Shown piece after piece: positions 1 through 9,063 of a DNA stretch of 41,019 bases (position 1 is its first letter; each line of letters opens with the position of its first letter). The DNA is taken from NCBI GenBank assembly GCA_030747675.1, contig JASLKH010000099.1:1-41019 (forward strand). Reading direction: 5' to 3'. The position numbers and the translations under genes are program-made. A model generated the notes under the pieces. It was not told the origin of the DNA. It did no database searches and saw nothing but the letters and a program-made list of their open reading frames with translations. This DNA is from Candidatus Thalassarchaeaceae archaeon. GTDB lineage: Archaea > Thermoplasmatota > Poseidoniia > Poseidoniales > Thalassarchaeaceae.

Positions 1-514
1 AAATTAGTAACCGGTCAATCCAGCCATCTCCATCAAGATCGTAGGGGCTAATGTCAATCGTAGCAAATGTTGTCGTGAAGGCTTCTTCCACTAAACCAGA
101 CGGACCACCTGATTTGGGCGTACCTTCATCTCTGTTTGAACCGCTGTCCGCCCCATAATCTGTAGCAGCAAACTTGGCGGTGTGCACGGTCTGATGGATG
201 TCTGCACTGAAATTTGTTAACCCCCCACTCATATCACTGAAGTATGTCTTCACAGAATTAATCCCATTCAGAATACTATCTGCACGAGCAGTGTCATCTG
301 CTGATGCTGCATCAGCTGGATCCTCTGGGAATTCAATGACGACTACCAACCACTTCTCTTCTGACTGTAAAGGGACAATGACGGGGTCATCTGCGACAGT
401 AGGAGTTTCATAAATGGCCTCGAAAAAGGATTCATACAACTCTGGTTGATCAGCAAGATATTGCCCTCCGAGGACTATCATGACCGCGAGAATGACCCGA
501 ATCATGTTGCCCAT
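1..514 (-). CDS. M6-family (immune inhibitor A-like) metalloprotease domain protein, N-terminal part; runs off the window edge
   Basis: Not in the ORF track. Hand translation from ATG 514 gives MGNMIRVILAVMIVLGG...EKWLVVVIEFPED...YFSDMSGG...DYGADSG...DISPYDLDGDGWIDRLLI. The hydrophobic N-terminus and the VVxIEF, YFxxMSxG, YGxD and DxSxYDxDGDGxID segments are typical of M6 N-terminal regions. The catalytic HExxH is outside the window. Confidence 0.7.
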   Translation of the reverse strand, partial: MGNMIRVILAVMIVLGGQYLADQPELYESFFEAIYETPTVADDPVIVPLQSEEKWLVVVIEFPEDPADAASADDTARADSILNGINSVKTYFSDMSGGLTNFSADIHQTVHTAKFAATDYGADSGSNRDEGTPKSGGPSGLVEEAFTTTFATIDISPYDLDGDGWIDRLLI

Positions 515-573
515 GACTTACTTCCGTGTCCTTTTCATGCTTCAAACTCACGCACAAAAGGACGTAGAATGCA

Positions 574-1683
574 TCAGTCTTGGCTAGAAATCAATAGCGC
601 CGAAATATCTGATTCTCGATCCTGTAAATTAGTTTCTTTGTCAAGCCAATTCAACCCGGTTAGTTGACAAGATGAGCTCACTAATGATTGACGGAATTCA
701 AATGGCAAGGGAGTTCCATCACAACCACTGATTGTCAAATCTGTTACTTTGTGACGTATTATCGCATCAAGCAATGCATCACGCTCATCAGGGTCAAGAC
801 ATAATGCATCTACCTTTGACCACCCCAAATTTGCTGGTGCAGATTCCACATTCACCCTAGGGCAAGCACCTTCACATCCACACATTGCAAACATTCGTCG
901 TCGAATTTCACCTTGTTTGTCAAAGACCGAAGTCGGGGCTCTAGCCTTTGAAGACAATAGAGGAACGGGCATTGTCAATTGAACCATCTCTGGAATAATT
1001 AGCAAAAGACTTGCTAAAACTAACCAAATCCCTTCCAATACATCGGGTGACGCCAACCACCAAACAAACACAATCGTACCATGAACTCGTACTCGTAAAG
1101 GATCGAATGGTTCTGTACTCACCAAAGCCATCAATCTTGCAACAGCTAAGGCTATACTGGATACCACAGCCAAAAAGACCCACCATGAAATACCAATGGC
1201 TACTTCAAAAAGCATGGATGCATCATATTGTGCACCAATCCCCTCAATACCACCCGATACTCCTGCCGATTGAATAGCCCATGGGTATATCCAAATCCAC
1301 CACGAAACTGCTGCTGTGAGTCCTGTCAATACTCCGAATATGGTGACTGTCCTGAGCCATTTTCGCTCAGATGGCAGAAGGCCCTCGTCAGCAAATGCGA
1401 GCAATTGATGTGCGGCCAAAGGTAGCGTTGTCAATAACGAAAGTAAAGCTATCATTGACCAGCGAGTAGCCATCCAGCCATGTGGATTGTAGACTGTGAC
1501 TGTGCCTTCTGCGGCCCCAAGAGGAAGATTTGCCAACCAGGTTTCCAAAATCGAATCGATGAGGAGCCACCAGATTATTGAGGCCATGCTCATGAGAAAA
1601 AGAATTGCAGTTGCGCGAAGAGTGAGTTCATCAATGTGTGATTGCAATGGTCTTTCTGCGTCCCTAGAGAGACGTAGGTGCAT
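574..1683 (-). CDS. tatC: TatC-like twin-arginine translocase subunit with a C-terminal Cys-rich extension
   Basis: PLQSHIDELTLR matches TatC PLxxHLxELRxR. HQLLAFADEGLLPSERK matches YQxWxFxxPGLxxxERR. SPD...PEM matches the TM5-6 region. About 6 hydrophobic segments are followed by ~105 soluble residues with 6 Cys. Confidence 0.75.
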   Translation of the reverse strand: MHLRLSRDAERPLQSHIDELTLRATAILFLMSMASIIWWLLIDSILETWLANLPLGAAEGTVTVYNPHGWMATRWSMIALLSLLTTLPLAAHQLLAFADEGLLPSERKWLRTVTIFGVLTGLTAAVSWWIWIYPWAIQSAGVSGGIEGIGAQYDASMLFEVAIGISWWVFLAVVSSIALAVARLMALVSTEPFDPLRVRVHGTIVFVWWLASPDVLEGIWLVLASLLLIIPEMVQLTMPVPLLSSKARAPTSVFDKQGEIRRRMFAMCGCEGACPRVNVESAPANLGWSKVDALCLDPDERDALLDAIIRHKVTDLTISGCDGTPLPFEFRQSLVSSSCQLTGLNWLDKETNLQDRESDISALLISSQD

Positions 1684-1692
1684 GCAAAAACC

Positions 1693-2703
1693 TCACAACA
1701 AATCCATCACAGTTGGAGGAGTTCGAGCGGCCAATACTGTTCGGTAAACTCCGTATGCTGCCCAAGCGCTACAGAACATTGCAGTTGTCCACATGTATGC
1801 ACCGGCTCCATTATCAAGCCAATACAGTCCTAGCAAAGCAAGGCCTAATGAGAGCAAACCTCGGCGCAGCCCCTCAGGATATGCCAATTGTTTGTCAAGA
1901 TGAGAAGGTCCAGTGCCATGCTTTCTTTCCAAGATTTCACGTTGTAGAACTCCACCGATAATTAGTGCTACCAAAGATGTGAAAAACCAAACAACACCAT
2001 TGTCCATCACATTTTCAGAAAGAGCGTCTTGACGAGCCTGCTCTTCTGCCGCAGCGTTATCCTTAGGTCCGTACAACCCAGCATAATCGCCAGTTGAGGA
2101 AATTACTTGTCGGCTCTGGTTGACTGGAGCTTCACTTGGGCCACGGACTGTAAATGACATTGTTTTCCAATAGTCTGTGTTGTCTGGTGCACCTCCACCG
2201 TCGACGATGTTACCAGCAACCCAGAATGAAATTGAACCCACGTCAGATTCAGGGGCAATCCATGTGAATGTCCATGTCGCTGGATTCGTGAGATCGCTTT
2301 GAGAAATTCCCACTGTCGTGGTGGTGTCTGTTGCATTCCCAAACCCTTTGAATGGACGAAGCATTTCAGTTTCAGACCATGAAAAAGAGCCAACTTCTTC
2401 AGTGGTCAGCATGAATCCACCATCTTTATTTTCTCCACCTAAATCAGTCAATTTAACTGTCATTTCATATGATCCCGAAGCGTTGTATGAGGGTGGGACA
2501 TCGAAAACTTCGATGTAAATTCTGTCCGAGGTGGATGCTGCATTGTGGCAAGAACAACCTACTCTCCACGTGGGTTCGCCACCCGGATCATCACCATTAT
2601 CGTCCGCTGGTGGACCTTTGTGCCATGCAAGGGCTGGTGCGGCGATGAGAATTAGAAGAGAAAGGATGACGGCCAAACGTATCGAAACTCGAGACATCAT
2701 CAC
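1693..2703 (-). CDS. Secreted Reeler-like (choice-of-anchor V type) domain protein with C-terminal membrane segments
   Basis: Signal peptide ending ALA-WH, a GCSCH motif, Reeler-like segments (PPSYNASGSYEMTV, GGFML, WTFTWIAP, ISFWVAGNIVDG) and three hydrophobic C-terminal helices. Confidence 0.6.
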   Translation of the reverse strand: MMMSRVSIRLAVILSLLILIAAPALAWHKGPPADDNGDDPGGEPTWRVGCSCHNAASTSDRIYIEVFDVPPSYNASGSYEMTVKLTDLGGENKDGGFMLTTEEVGSFSWSETEMLRPFKGFGNATDTTTTVGISQSDLTNPATWTFTWIAPESDVGSISFWVAGNIVDGGGAPDNTDYWKTMSFTVRGPSEAPVNQSRQVISSTGDYAGLYGPKDNAAAEEQARQDALSENVMDNGVVWFFTSLVALIIGGVLQREILERKHGTGPSHLDKQLAYPEGLRRGLLSLGLALLGLYWLDNGAGAYMWTTAMFCSAWAAYGVYRTVLAARTPPTVMDLL

Positions 2704-2756
2704 ACCTCTGTGCTGCTTTCGACTTTACGTCCGTCCTTAACCGTTGCCTCAGATAG

Positions 2757-2773
2757 GTGCCCCTATGGGGCAC
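2757..2773. other. Perfect 7-3-7 inverted repeat GTGCCCC-TAT-GGGGCAC; possible pnt operon terminator or protein-binding site
   Basis: Read directly in the 90-bp gap between the pntB stop and the next gene. Confidence 0.45.
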
Positions 2774-2793
2774 ACATTGGAAGTTATCTTGCT

Positions 2794-4221
2794 TCACAAT
2801 TCCTTCATTGCAGAGTTTAATTCGTTCATCATCTTCTTGCCATCTCCGAATAACATCATTGTCTTATTTTCGTAAAACAAGTCGTTATCGACACCAGCAT
2901 ATCCTACGGAAAGACTACGCTTGATAATGATGACAACACGAGCTTTGTCAGCTGCGATAATAGGCATACCCCCCAATGGGCCCTCGCCAGACCTAGCCGC
3001 GGGGTTGACTGTGTCATTTGCGCCAATAACTAGGGCGACATCTGTTTCTGGAAGTTCTCCATTAATGTCATCCATCTCAATGAGTTGTTCATAGGGGACA
3101 TTTGCTTCTGCAAGTAGGACATTCATGTGCCCTGGCATTCGTCCAGCAACAGGATGGATTCCATAACTTACTTCCACATCTTGCGCCTCCAAAATATCGG
3201 CAAATTCCTTGACTGCATGTTGGGCCTGACTAACTGCCATTCCATACCCTGGGATGATGACACACTTGCTAATTCCATCGCAAACCATTGCAACTTCTTC
3301 GGGATCACTTCCAACCTTAGTCCGAGTGAGTTGTTCCTTGTCACCACTGCCACCAAAGGACTTGAACAGTACAGCGGGCAAGGTTCGATTCATTGCCTTG
3401 CACATGATGAAAGTCAAAATTAAACCAGCAGCACCGACCATCGAACCTGCAATGATTAGGACATTGTTCCCTATGACGAATCCGGTGAATGCTGCAGCAA
3501 TACCTGACAATGAATTTAGTAGGCTAACAACAACTGGCATATCCGCTCCACCAATTGGGAGAACGAACAACACTCCAAGGAGACACGATACTGCGACTAA
3601 AGCGTACACATACTGTGCATTATGAGGGTCATCGACTGTTAGCCCAATTAGTGCTAAACCAGAAAGTAATAATCCACCTTTGACGAAATTGAGCCAAGGT
3701 GGACCCCATGTAGGGAACCTAACCCACTTTTTGGTCAGGGGAATTGTGAACCCACCTTTGAGTTTGAACATCGCCATTAGGCTTCCAGTCAAGGTCACCC
3801 AACCGACCAAACCTGACAAACCAATTGCGACCCAAATCGCGTATAATTCGACGCCGCCTGTTGGTGCTGATTCAGCTTGAATATGCTTCAAAGCTTCAGA
3901 CAAGCCAACCAAGGCTGATGCGGCTCCTCCAAATCCATTGAACAGAGCCACTAACTCAGGCATACCAGTCATTTCAACTCGTTTAGCCATGGTAAATCCA
4001 ATCAAGCCACCAATGACTAAGCCACCAACGACAAGTTCCATTTCGATTTTGCCTTCAGATTGCATTCGAGCCAAAGTTACAATGACTGCTAGGAGCATAC
4101 CGTATGCACCCAAGCGGTTTCCTGCCGGAGCAGTCTTTGGACTTGAAAGACGCTTGATACCAATAATGAACAAAGCGGCTGATACAAGATAACCGATGTC
4201 CCAAACTACTGGATTTACCAT
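2794..4221 (-). CDS. pntB: NAD(P) transhydrogenase subunit beta
   Basis: Motifs MPELVALFNGFGG, IGGADMPVVVSLLNS, PGYGMAVSQAQH, IHPVAGRMPGHMNVLLAEA and IGANDTVNPAA. Start moved to ATG 4221, which follows GGAGGTG. Confidence 0.97.
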   Translation of the reverse strand: MVNPVVWDIGYLVSAALFIIGIKRLSSPKTAPAGNRLGAYGMLLAVIVTLARMQSEGKIEMELVVGGLVIGGLIGFTMAKRVEMTGMPELVALFNGFGGAASALVGLSEALKHIQAESAPTGGVELYAIWVAIGLSGLVGWVTLTGSLMAMFKLKGGFTIPLTKKWVRFPTWGPPWLNFVKGGLLLSGLALIGLTVDDPHNAQYVYALVAVSCLLGVLFVLPIGGADMPVVVSLLNSLSGIAAAFTGFVIGNNVLIIAGSMVGAAGLILTFIMCKAMNRTLPAVLFKSFGGSGDKEQLTRTKVGSDPEEVAMVCDGISKCVIIPGYGMAVSQAQHAVKEFADILEAQDVEVSYGIHPVAGRMPGHMNVLLAEANVPYEQLIEMDDINGELPETDVALVIGANDTVNPAARSGEGPLGGMPIIAADKARVVIIIKRSLSVGYAGVDNDLFYENKTMMLFGDGKKMMNELNSAMKEL

Positions 4222-4222
4222 T

Positions 4223-4546
4223 TCAAGCACCTCCTTTCCTATTCTTCTTGCCAGCAATCATTTCCAACATCCGATTGGTTACCATGAAGCCGCCAACCAC
4301 ATTGATTGTGGCCATAATTAGTGCAATACAGGCTAACCAAGCTGCAGTACCTGGGCTTCCATTATCGAAAGCTGTGTTTGATAGAATCAGTGCACCTACA
4401 ATTGTAATACCGGAAATAGCATTTGCACCTGACATCAATGGTGTGTGCAAAGTGGGTGGGACTTTACTAATCAACTCAAACCCTAGGAAAATTGCCAATA
4501 CGAATACAGTAATGCTACCGACTAACGCTGCTAATGTCAAACTCAT
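4223..4546 (-). CDS. pntA: NAD(P) transhydrogenase subunit alpha, membrane part (PntAB)
   Basis: KVPPTLHTPLMSGANAISGI and INVVGGFMVTNRML motifs; lies between the alpha-1 gene and pntB. Confidence 0.96.
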   Translation of the reverse strand: MSLTLAALVGSITVFVLAIFLGFELISKVPPTLHTPLMSGANAISGITIVGALILSNTAFDNGSPGTAAWLACIALIMATINVVGGFMVTNRMLEMIAGKKNRKGGA

Positions 4547-5709
4547 TCAATCACCCCTGCTAAGCGAGTTTGCTTTTCATGGATTTTTCCATCAGAGCAA
4601 ACTAAAACGCCCCCCATTCCTTCAACGAAGAAATCACTTCCTTCTGGAGCACCATACAATATGTCATCATCAGGATCTAATTTGATTTCACCCTCTTCGA
4701 CCAAGCTTATCACAAATGTTGTGAGGTTGTTCGAATATAGCATACTGGCTGTTGCTGATAGCTGTCCCGGCAAATTGGTCGTACCTACAATAGTCACACC
4801 ATTTTCTGTCGTGATAATTTCCCCAGCAGTCGTCAATTCACAATTCCCTCCAACATCTGCATTCATGTCAACTACAACAGAACCAGGTTTGAATTCTGCA
4901 ATTGCAGATGCAGGTACAGTAATTGGAGCAGGGCGGCCGAAAATACGCGCAGTAGTTACAATGACGTCCGCATCGGAGGCCACCTCACAAACAGTATCGT
5001 TTACTTTCTGAATAAATTCAGGTGTCAAGGGTTTGGCATAACCAGACTCATCCTCAAAGTCATCCATACCATCCACTTCAATGAAGCGGCCACCCACTGA
5101 CTCAATTTGCTCGGCTGCAGATTTTCTTACATCAGAAGCATAAACAACTGCTCCCAGTCTCTTCGCGGTTGCAATCGCCTGCAACCCTGCAACACCACTG
5201 CCCATGATTACAAATTTCGCAGGACGAACTGTTCCTGCAGAAGTAGTCATCATTGGAATTCCCTTTGGGACTTGGGCCGCGCCCATGAGCACAGCCTTGT
5301 ATCCAGCAAGATTGTCTTGACTTGAATTTACATCCATCGCTTGTGCGCGTGATAGTCTTCTTGGAATCATGTCCATGCTCAACAGAGTGATTTTCGACTC
5401 TATCGCTTGCTTGATTCTCTCTGGGTGGCGGAATGGGTCCGATACACAAGCAACAATCTGCCCTTCCGATAGGGCAGTTAAATCGGGTGTACCGATACAA
5501 ATCAAAATATTACAGCCCATGACTTGATCGCGCGTAGTTATGCTAGCACCTTTCTTTTCATATTCAGCATCGGCATGATGGGCTGCTATTCCTGCACCAG
5601 ATTCAACCAATACCTCAAACCCATGTTTAACCAATTTTGGCACTGAATTTGGTACGATTGCGACTCTGGTCTCGCCTCCACCTTCGACTAGTACTCCTAA
5701 CTTCATCAT
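4543..5709 (-). CDS. pntA: NAD(P) transhydrogenase subunit alpha, NAD(H)-binding part (PntAA)
   Basis: Motifs ETRVAIVP, VLVESGAG, SSQDNLAGYKAV, GSGVAGLQAIATAKRLGA, DVIVTTARIFGRPAP and GGNCELT. Confidence 0.96.
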   Translation of the reverse strand: MMKLGVLVEGGGETRVAIVPNSVPKLVKHGFEVLVESGAGIAAHHADAEYEKKGASITTRDQVMGCNILICIGTPDLTALSEGQIVACVSDPFRHPERIKQAIESKITLLSMDMIPRRLSRAQAMDVNSSQDNLAGYKAVLMGAAQVPKGIPMMTTSAGTVRPAKFVIMGSGVAGLQAIATAKRLGAVVYASDVRKSAAEQIESVGGRFIEVDGMDDFEDESGYAKPLTPEFIQKVNDTVCEVASDADVIVTTARIFGRPAPITVPASAIAEFKPGSVVVDMNADVGGNCELTTAGEIITTENGVTIVGTTNLPGQLSATASMLYSNNLTTFVISLVEEGEIKLDPDDDILYGAPEGSDFFVEGMGGVLVCSDGKIHEKQTRLAGVIE

Positions 5710-5796
5710 CTCAACTCCACGTTGTACAAATGAATCGACTGGAAATGGGTTATTGAACCATACGGAGACGGTTACACAATCGAAGTTCGTGGAAGT

Positions 5797-6492
5797 TCAG
5801 AATAACATTGAATATCCAATACCAAAAACAGCAATATCGCAAATTGCATGGGTAATATAAGGGATCCAAATACTACGGTATTTCAGATATTGCCACGAAA
5901 ATATCGCACCACCTACAAATAATCCCAAACTTGCTAGTAAATTGGTCCACCAAGGGAATCCAAAGTACATCATTGCAATTGTGTGATGCAAAACAAATAT
6001 GGCTGCAGATAGAATAATTGCTCCCTTTTCGCCACCCAATATAATCTCCGCTTTTTCAACAATAAACCACCGGAATACATATTCTTCTAGAACTGAATTC
6101 ACTAAAATCCAATACAGCGCAACAGCAAGATAGAGACGAGAATCAAGCAACCCCAATGGTTCGACAGATTGACGCAGATGTTCTGTATCGAGCCACTTGC
6201 CAAAAATGAGCCAAGCAATGACGATGATGGAACTCGTCCCAAGGCCCAGCAACATGGCCATGCCGTATCCACCCTTCGCTGGTTTAGACCATGAAATCTC
6301 ACCACCGTCTACCCTCAGGTACCATAGAAGAGGTAACCCAAACAACCACAATTTTGAGAGGATAAAGGCAACTTGTGAGAGAGACCCTCCTGATGTTGCA
6401 AAAGAGATGAGCACACTCACGGTTGGTGCCATTCCAACCAGAATTATGGCAATGAGGGCACGCTTTCTACTGTCCACGATAAAGCGCAACAT
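5797..6492 (-). CDS. CPBP/Abi (CAAX protease-like) intramembrane glutamic endopeptidase
   Basis: EEYVFRWF, SAAIFVLHH and THAICD motifs with multiple TM helices. Start set at ATG 6492; the track extension to 6555 looks non-coding. Confidence 0.88.
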   Translation of the reverse strand: MLRFIVDSRKRALIAIILVGMAPTVSVLISFATSGGSLSQVAFILSKLWLFGLPLLWYLRVDGGEISWSKPAKGGYGMAMLLGLGTSSIIVIAWLIFGKWLDTEHLRQSVEPLGLLDSRLYLAVALYWILVNSVLEEYVFRWFIVEKAEIILGGEKGAIILSAAIFVLHHTIAMMYFGFPWWTNLLASLGLFVGGAIFSWQYLKYRSIWIPYITHAICDIAVFGIGYSMLF

Positions 6493-6568
6493 ACGGTACA
6501 CTTCAAGGATTGTCCAAGGGGGCAACCCATATGGATGTGGAGCATTGGCATACAACTGAGGGAGTACT

Positions 6569-7561
6569 ATGTGTGAGGATGAAGGGATGAAAAAATCAAT
6601 TCAAGTTGCGGTCACCGGAGCCGCTGGAAACATTGGATATGCATTGTTATGGCGAATTGCGAGTGGCGATTGTTTTGGACCAAATCAGCCGGTTACCCTT
6701 CAGTTACTAGAGATACCACCTGGTATGCAACGCTTAGAGGGAGTAATAATGGAATTGAGAGATTCTGCATTCCCGCTAGTGCATGGTATAGTCGGCACAG
6801 ACGACCCGAATATTGCATTCAAAGATGCAGACGCTATTTTTCTAGTTGGTTCACGGCCAAGAACAAAAGATATGGATCGGTCTGATCTCGTGGCTGCAAA
6901 TGGGCCTATTTTCGTTGGCCAAGGTAAGGCAATCGATGCGGTAGCCTCACCTGATGTAAAGGTCATCACTGTGGGCAACCCTTGCAACACCAATGCGCTA
7001 ATTGCCTGTGCAAATGCACCGAGTATTCCCTCTAAGCAGTTTACTGCCATGACTCGCCTCGACCAGAATCGAGCAGTGGGGCAGATGGCAGAACATGCAG
7101 GAGTTCCTGCTTCAAAGATACATGATGTATTCATCTGGGGTAACCACGCGAACACGATGTACCCTGACCCACGTTTCGGAACCGTCGATGGGGAAATCGC
7201 AACTGATGTATTCGACAAAGAATGGTTGCAAGGTCCGTTCCTAGACACTGTAGCAACGCGGGGGAAGGCCATCATCGTAGCTCGAGGAGCGTCCTCTGCG
7301 GCTTCCGCAGCATCCGCTGCTACCGACCACATGCGCGACTGGTGGCAAGGTTCGAATGGACGTATCGTTTCTATGGCTCTCCCCTCGGAAGGTTGGTATG
7401 GAGTTCCTGAAGGACTTGTGTTTAGTTTCCCATGCCGATGTGAAAATGGTGATGTGGTTGTAGTGGAAGACCTCCCTGTCGACTCATTTGCACAATCAAA
7501 AATTGATGAAAATGTAGCTGTACTATTGGAAGAACGTGATGCAGTTAGTGAATTACTTTGA
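6569..7561 (+). CDS. mdh: Malate dehydrogenase (MDH type 2, cytosolic/bacterial-like clade)
   Basis: Motifs [48 protein letters not shown] and [10 protein letters not shown]. Start may be ATG 6587. Confidence 0.96.
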   Translation: MCEDEGMKKSIQVAVTGAAGNIGYALLWRIASGDCFGPNQPVTLQLLEIPPGMQRLEGVIMELRDSAFPLVHGIVGTDDPNIAFKDADAIFLVGSRPRTKDMDRSDLVAANGPIFVGQGKAIDAVASPDVKVITVGNPCNTNALIACANAPSIPSKQFTAMTRLDQNRAVGQMAEHAGVPASKIHDVFIWGNHANTMYPDPRFGTVDGEIATDVFDKEWLQGPFLDTVATRGKAIIVARGASSAASAASAATDHMRDWWQGSNGRIVSMALPSEGWYGVPEGLVFSFPCRCENGDVVVVEDLPVDSFAQSKIDENVAVLLEERDAVSELL

Positions 7562-7615
7562 TGCTGATTTCCGCATATTCTGAATCGGCGCATTGATGTT
7601 AAGAGACTGTGACGG

Positions 7616-8335
7616 ATGGTCATGGCACGCCATCTATATCTCGAGCATGATGGGAAAGTTCTGCTCGTAAATATGGATGGAATTGGGCCACAAGATGCTG
7701 TAATGGGGCGTCAAGGAGAAGTACATCTTCGCCTACCATCTGAAACTGAAGTTGCTGACATGGGGATTTCATGGACTGAACGGAGAACAAACCGATTCAG
7801 CCTTGATGGTATTGAGCACGAAGTTGTATGTGCACTTCCTGACATAGTGTGGCCTGAAAAATGGACTTGGAAGGATAAGTTGATTTCAGACAATTGTGTT
7901 GATCCTGTGGCTCGTGAATCAGTGTACAGGTCACTACATCGCGTTGTATCAAAAGTAATCCTAATCAATCCAAAAGGCGAAATTGCCATGGCGAAAGTCA
8001 AACGAGGATTTTTCACAGGGCATTGGACATTGCCTGGTGGATTTGTCGATTATGCAGAGCATCCACACGAAGGCGCGGTGAGAGAAGTATTGGAAGAATT
8101 AGGTGTGAAAATATCTATTCTAGACCACAATCCACTTGCCATTAGTGAACGTATTTTCACCAGCGAAGGGATACAATTTCTTTCATTCACATACAAGTGC
8201 CAAGTACCAACTGGAACTGTCTTCAAACCGAAGGAAGATGAAATCGAAGAGGCTCGATTTTTTACAATTAGTGAGGCGCTTTCAAGAGCTGCCAGTTTGT
8301 TCGATGTAGAAGCATTGCAAATGTTGGAGGAATGA
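7616..8335 (+). CDS. NUDIX hydrolase with an N-terminal extension
   Basis: Nudix box GGFVDYAEHPHEGAVREVLEELGV in the C-terminal half. Confidence 0.9.
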   Translation: MVMARHLYLEHDGKVLLVNMDGIGPQDAVMGRQGEVHLRLPSETEVADMGISWTERRTNRFSLDGIEHEVVCALPDIVWPEKWTWKDKLISDNCVDPVARESVYRSLHRVVSKVILINPKGEIAMAKVKRGFFTGHWTLPGGFVDYAEHPHEGAVREVLEELGVKISILDHNPLAISERIFTSEGIQFLSFTYKCQVPTGTVFKPKEDEIEEARFFTISEALSRAASLFDVEALQMLEE

Positions 8336-9063
8336 ATATGGTAATGATGAATGATGATCATCTTCGAAAAGCATTGATTGGTGCAGTATTTTTTGTCATT
8401 ACTGCGTGCGTCATAAGCCAAATAATGATGCAATTGGGCGGGGGGGAACGAGATGACCCGTTGACCTTTGATGGAAATGTAGTTGATGAAACGTTAGGAA
8501 CTGAAGAGATAGAATTTGAAGATGGGCTTCCTCCTTTTATCTCAAGTGCAGGAGGATTTTACCCAGAACGTGCTATCTTCGATGCAGGAATTGGAATCGG
8601 AGGCTTACTGATGATGGCATTTTCTTTCGAACTCTATCACCGAACAAAACCTGTTGAAAGACACCAGAAAATTGCAAACGTTTGTGGATTGATTTCGGGA
8701 ATCGTGATTGGGTTCTCCATGTTCAACATCATTGCCTATCCATTCAACACTGAATTTGATATGCATATTTTCTGGGCCATGATAATTTTCGTAGGAGCAC
8801 AGTTTTGGGCTATCTGTCTCACAGTTGCCCGTAGTCAAATTGACTATGAACTGACATGGAAAGATTGGCAAGTAAACAATCTCCGATGGATCTTGTTTGC
8901 ATCTATTTTCGTATCATTCCATGCAATGTTGCTACTGGTAATGAATGGATACGTCATAGCTTCAGCGGTATTTGAATGGCTGCTAATGATTTCATCTCAA
9001 TTCTACTTGCTCACTTTCGTCCCCACCCTCAGCAAGGGCGGCTCGGTTGTCAGCAAGAATTGA
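8332..9063 (+). CDS. Frag1/DRAM/Sfk1-like multi-pass membrane protein
   Basis: Six hydrophobic segments; PPFISSAG...PERAIF after TM1, a His in MHIFWA and FEWL in the last helix, all resembling the family. Confidence 0.6.
   Translation: MNMVMMNDDHLRKALIGAVFFVITACVISQIMMQLGGGERDDPLTFDGNVVDETLGTEEIEFEDGLPPFISSAGGFYPERAIFDAGIGIGGLLMMAFSFELYHRTKPVERHQKIANVCGLISGIVIGFSMFNIIAYPFNTEFDMHIFWAMIIFVGAQFWAICLTVARSQIDYELTWKDWQVNNLRWILFASIFVSFHAMLLLVMNGYVIASAVFEWLLMISSQFYLLTFVPTLSKGGSVVSKN

Noticed and set aside
6700-7623. 307-aa antisense ORF over mdh, and other long shadow ORFs (e.g. 11493-12194, 15278-15913, 33071-33478, 37775-38218)
   Set aside because: They lie antisense to well-supported genes, are Ser/Thr-rich and have no motifs, which is typical of non-coding reverse frames.
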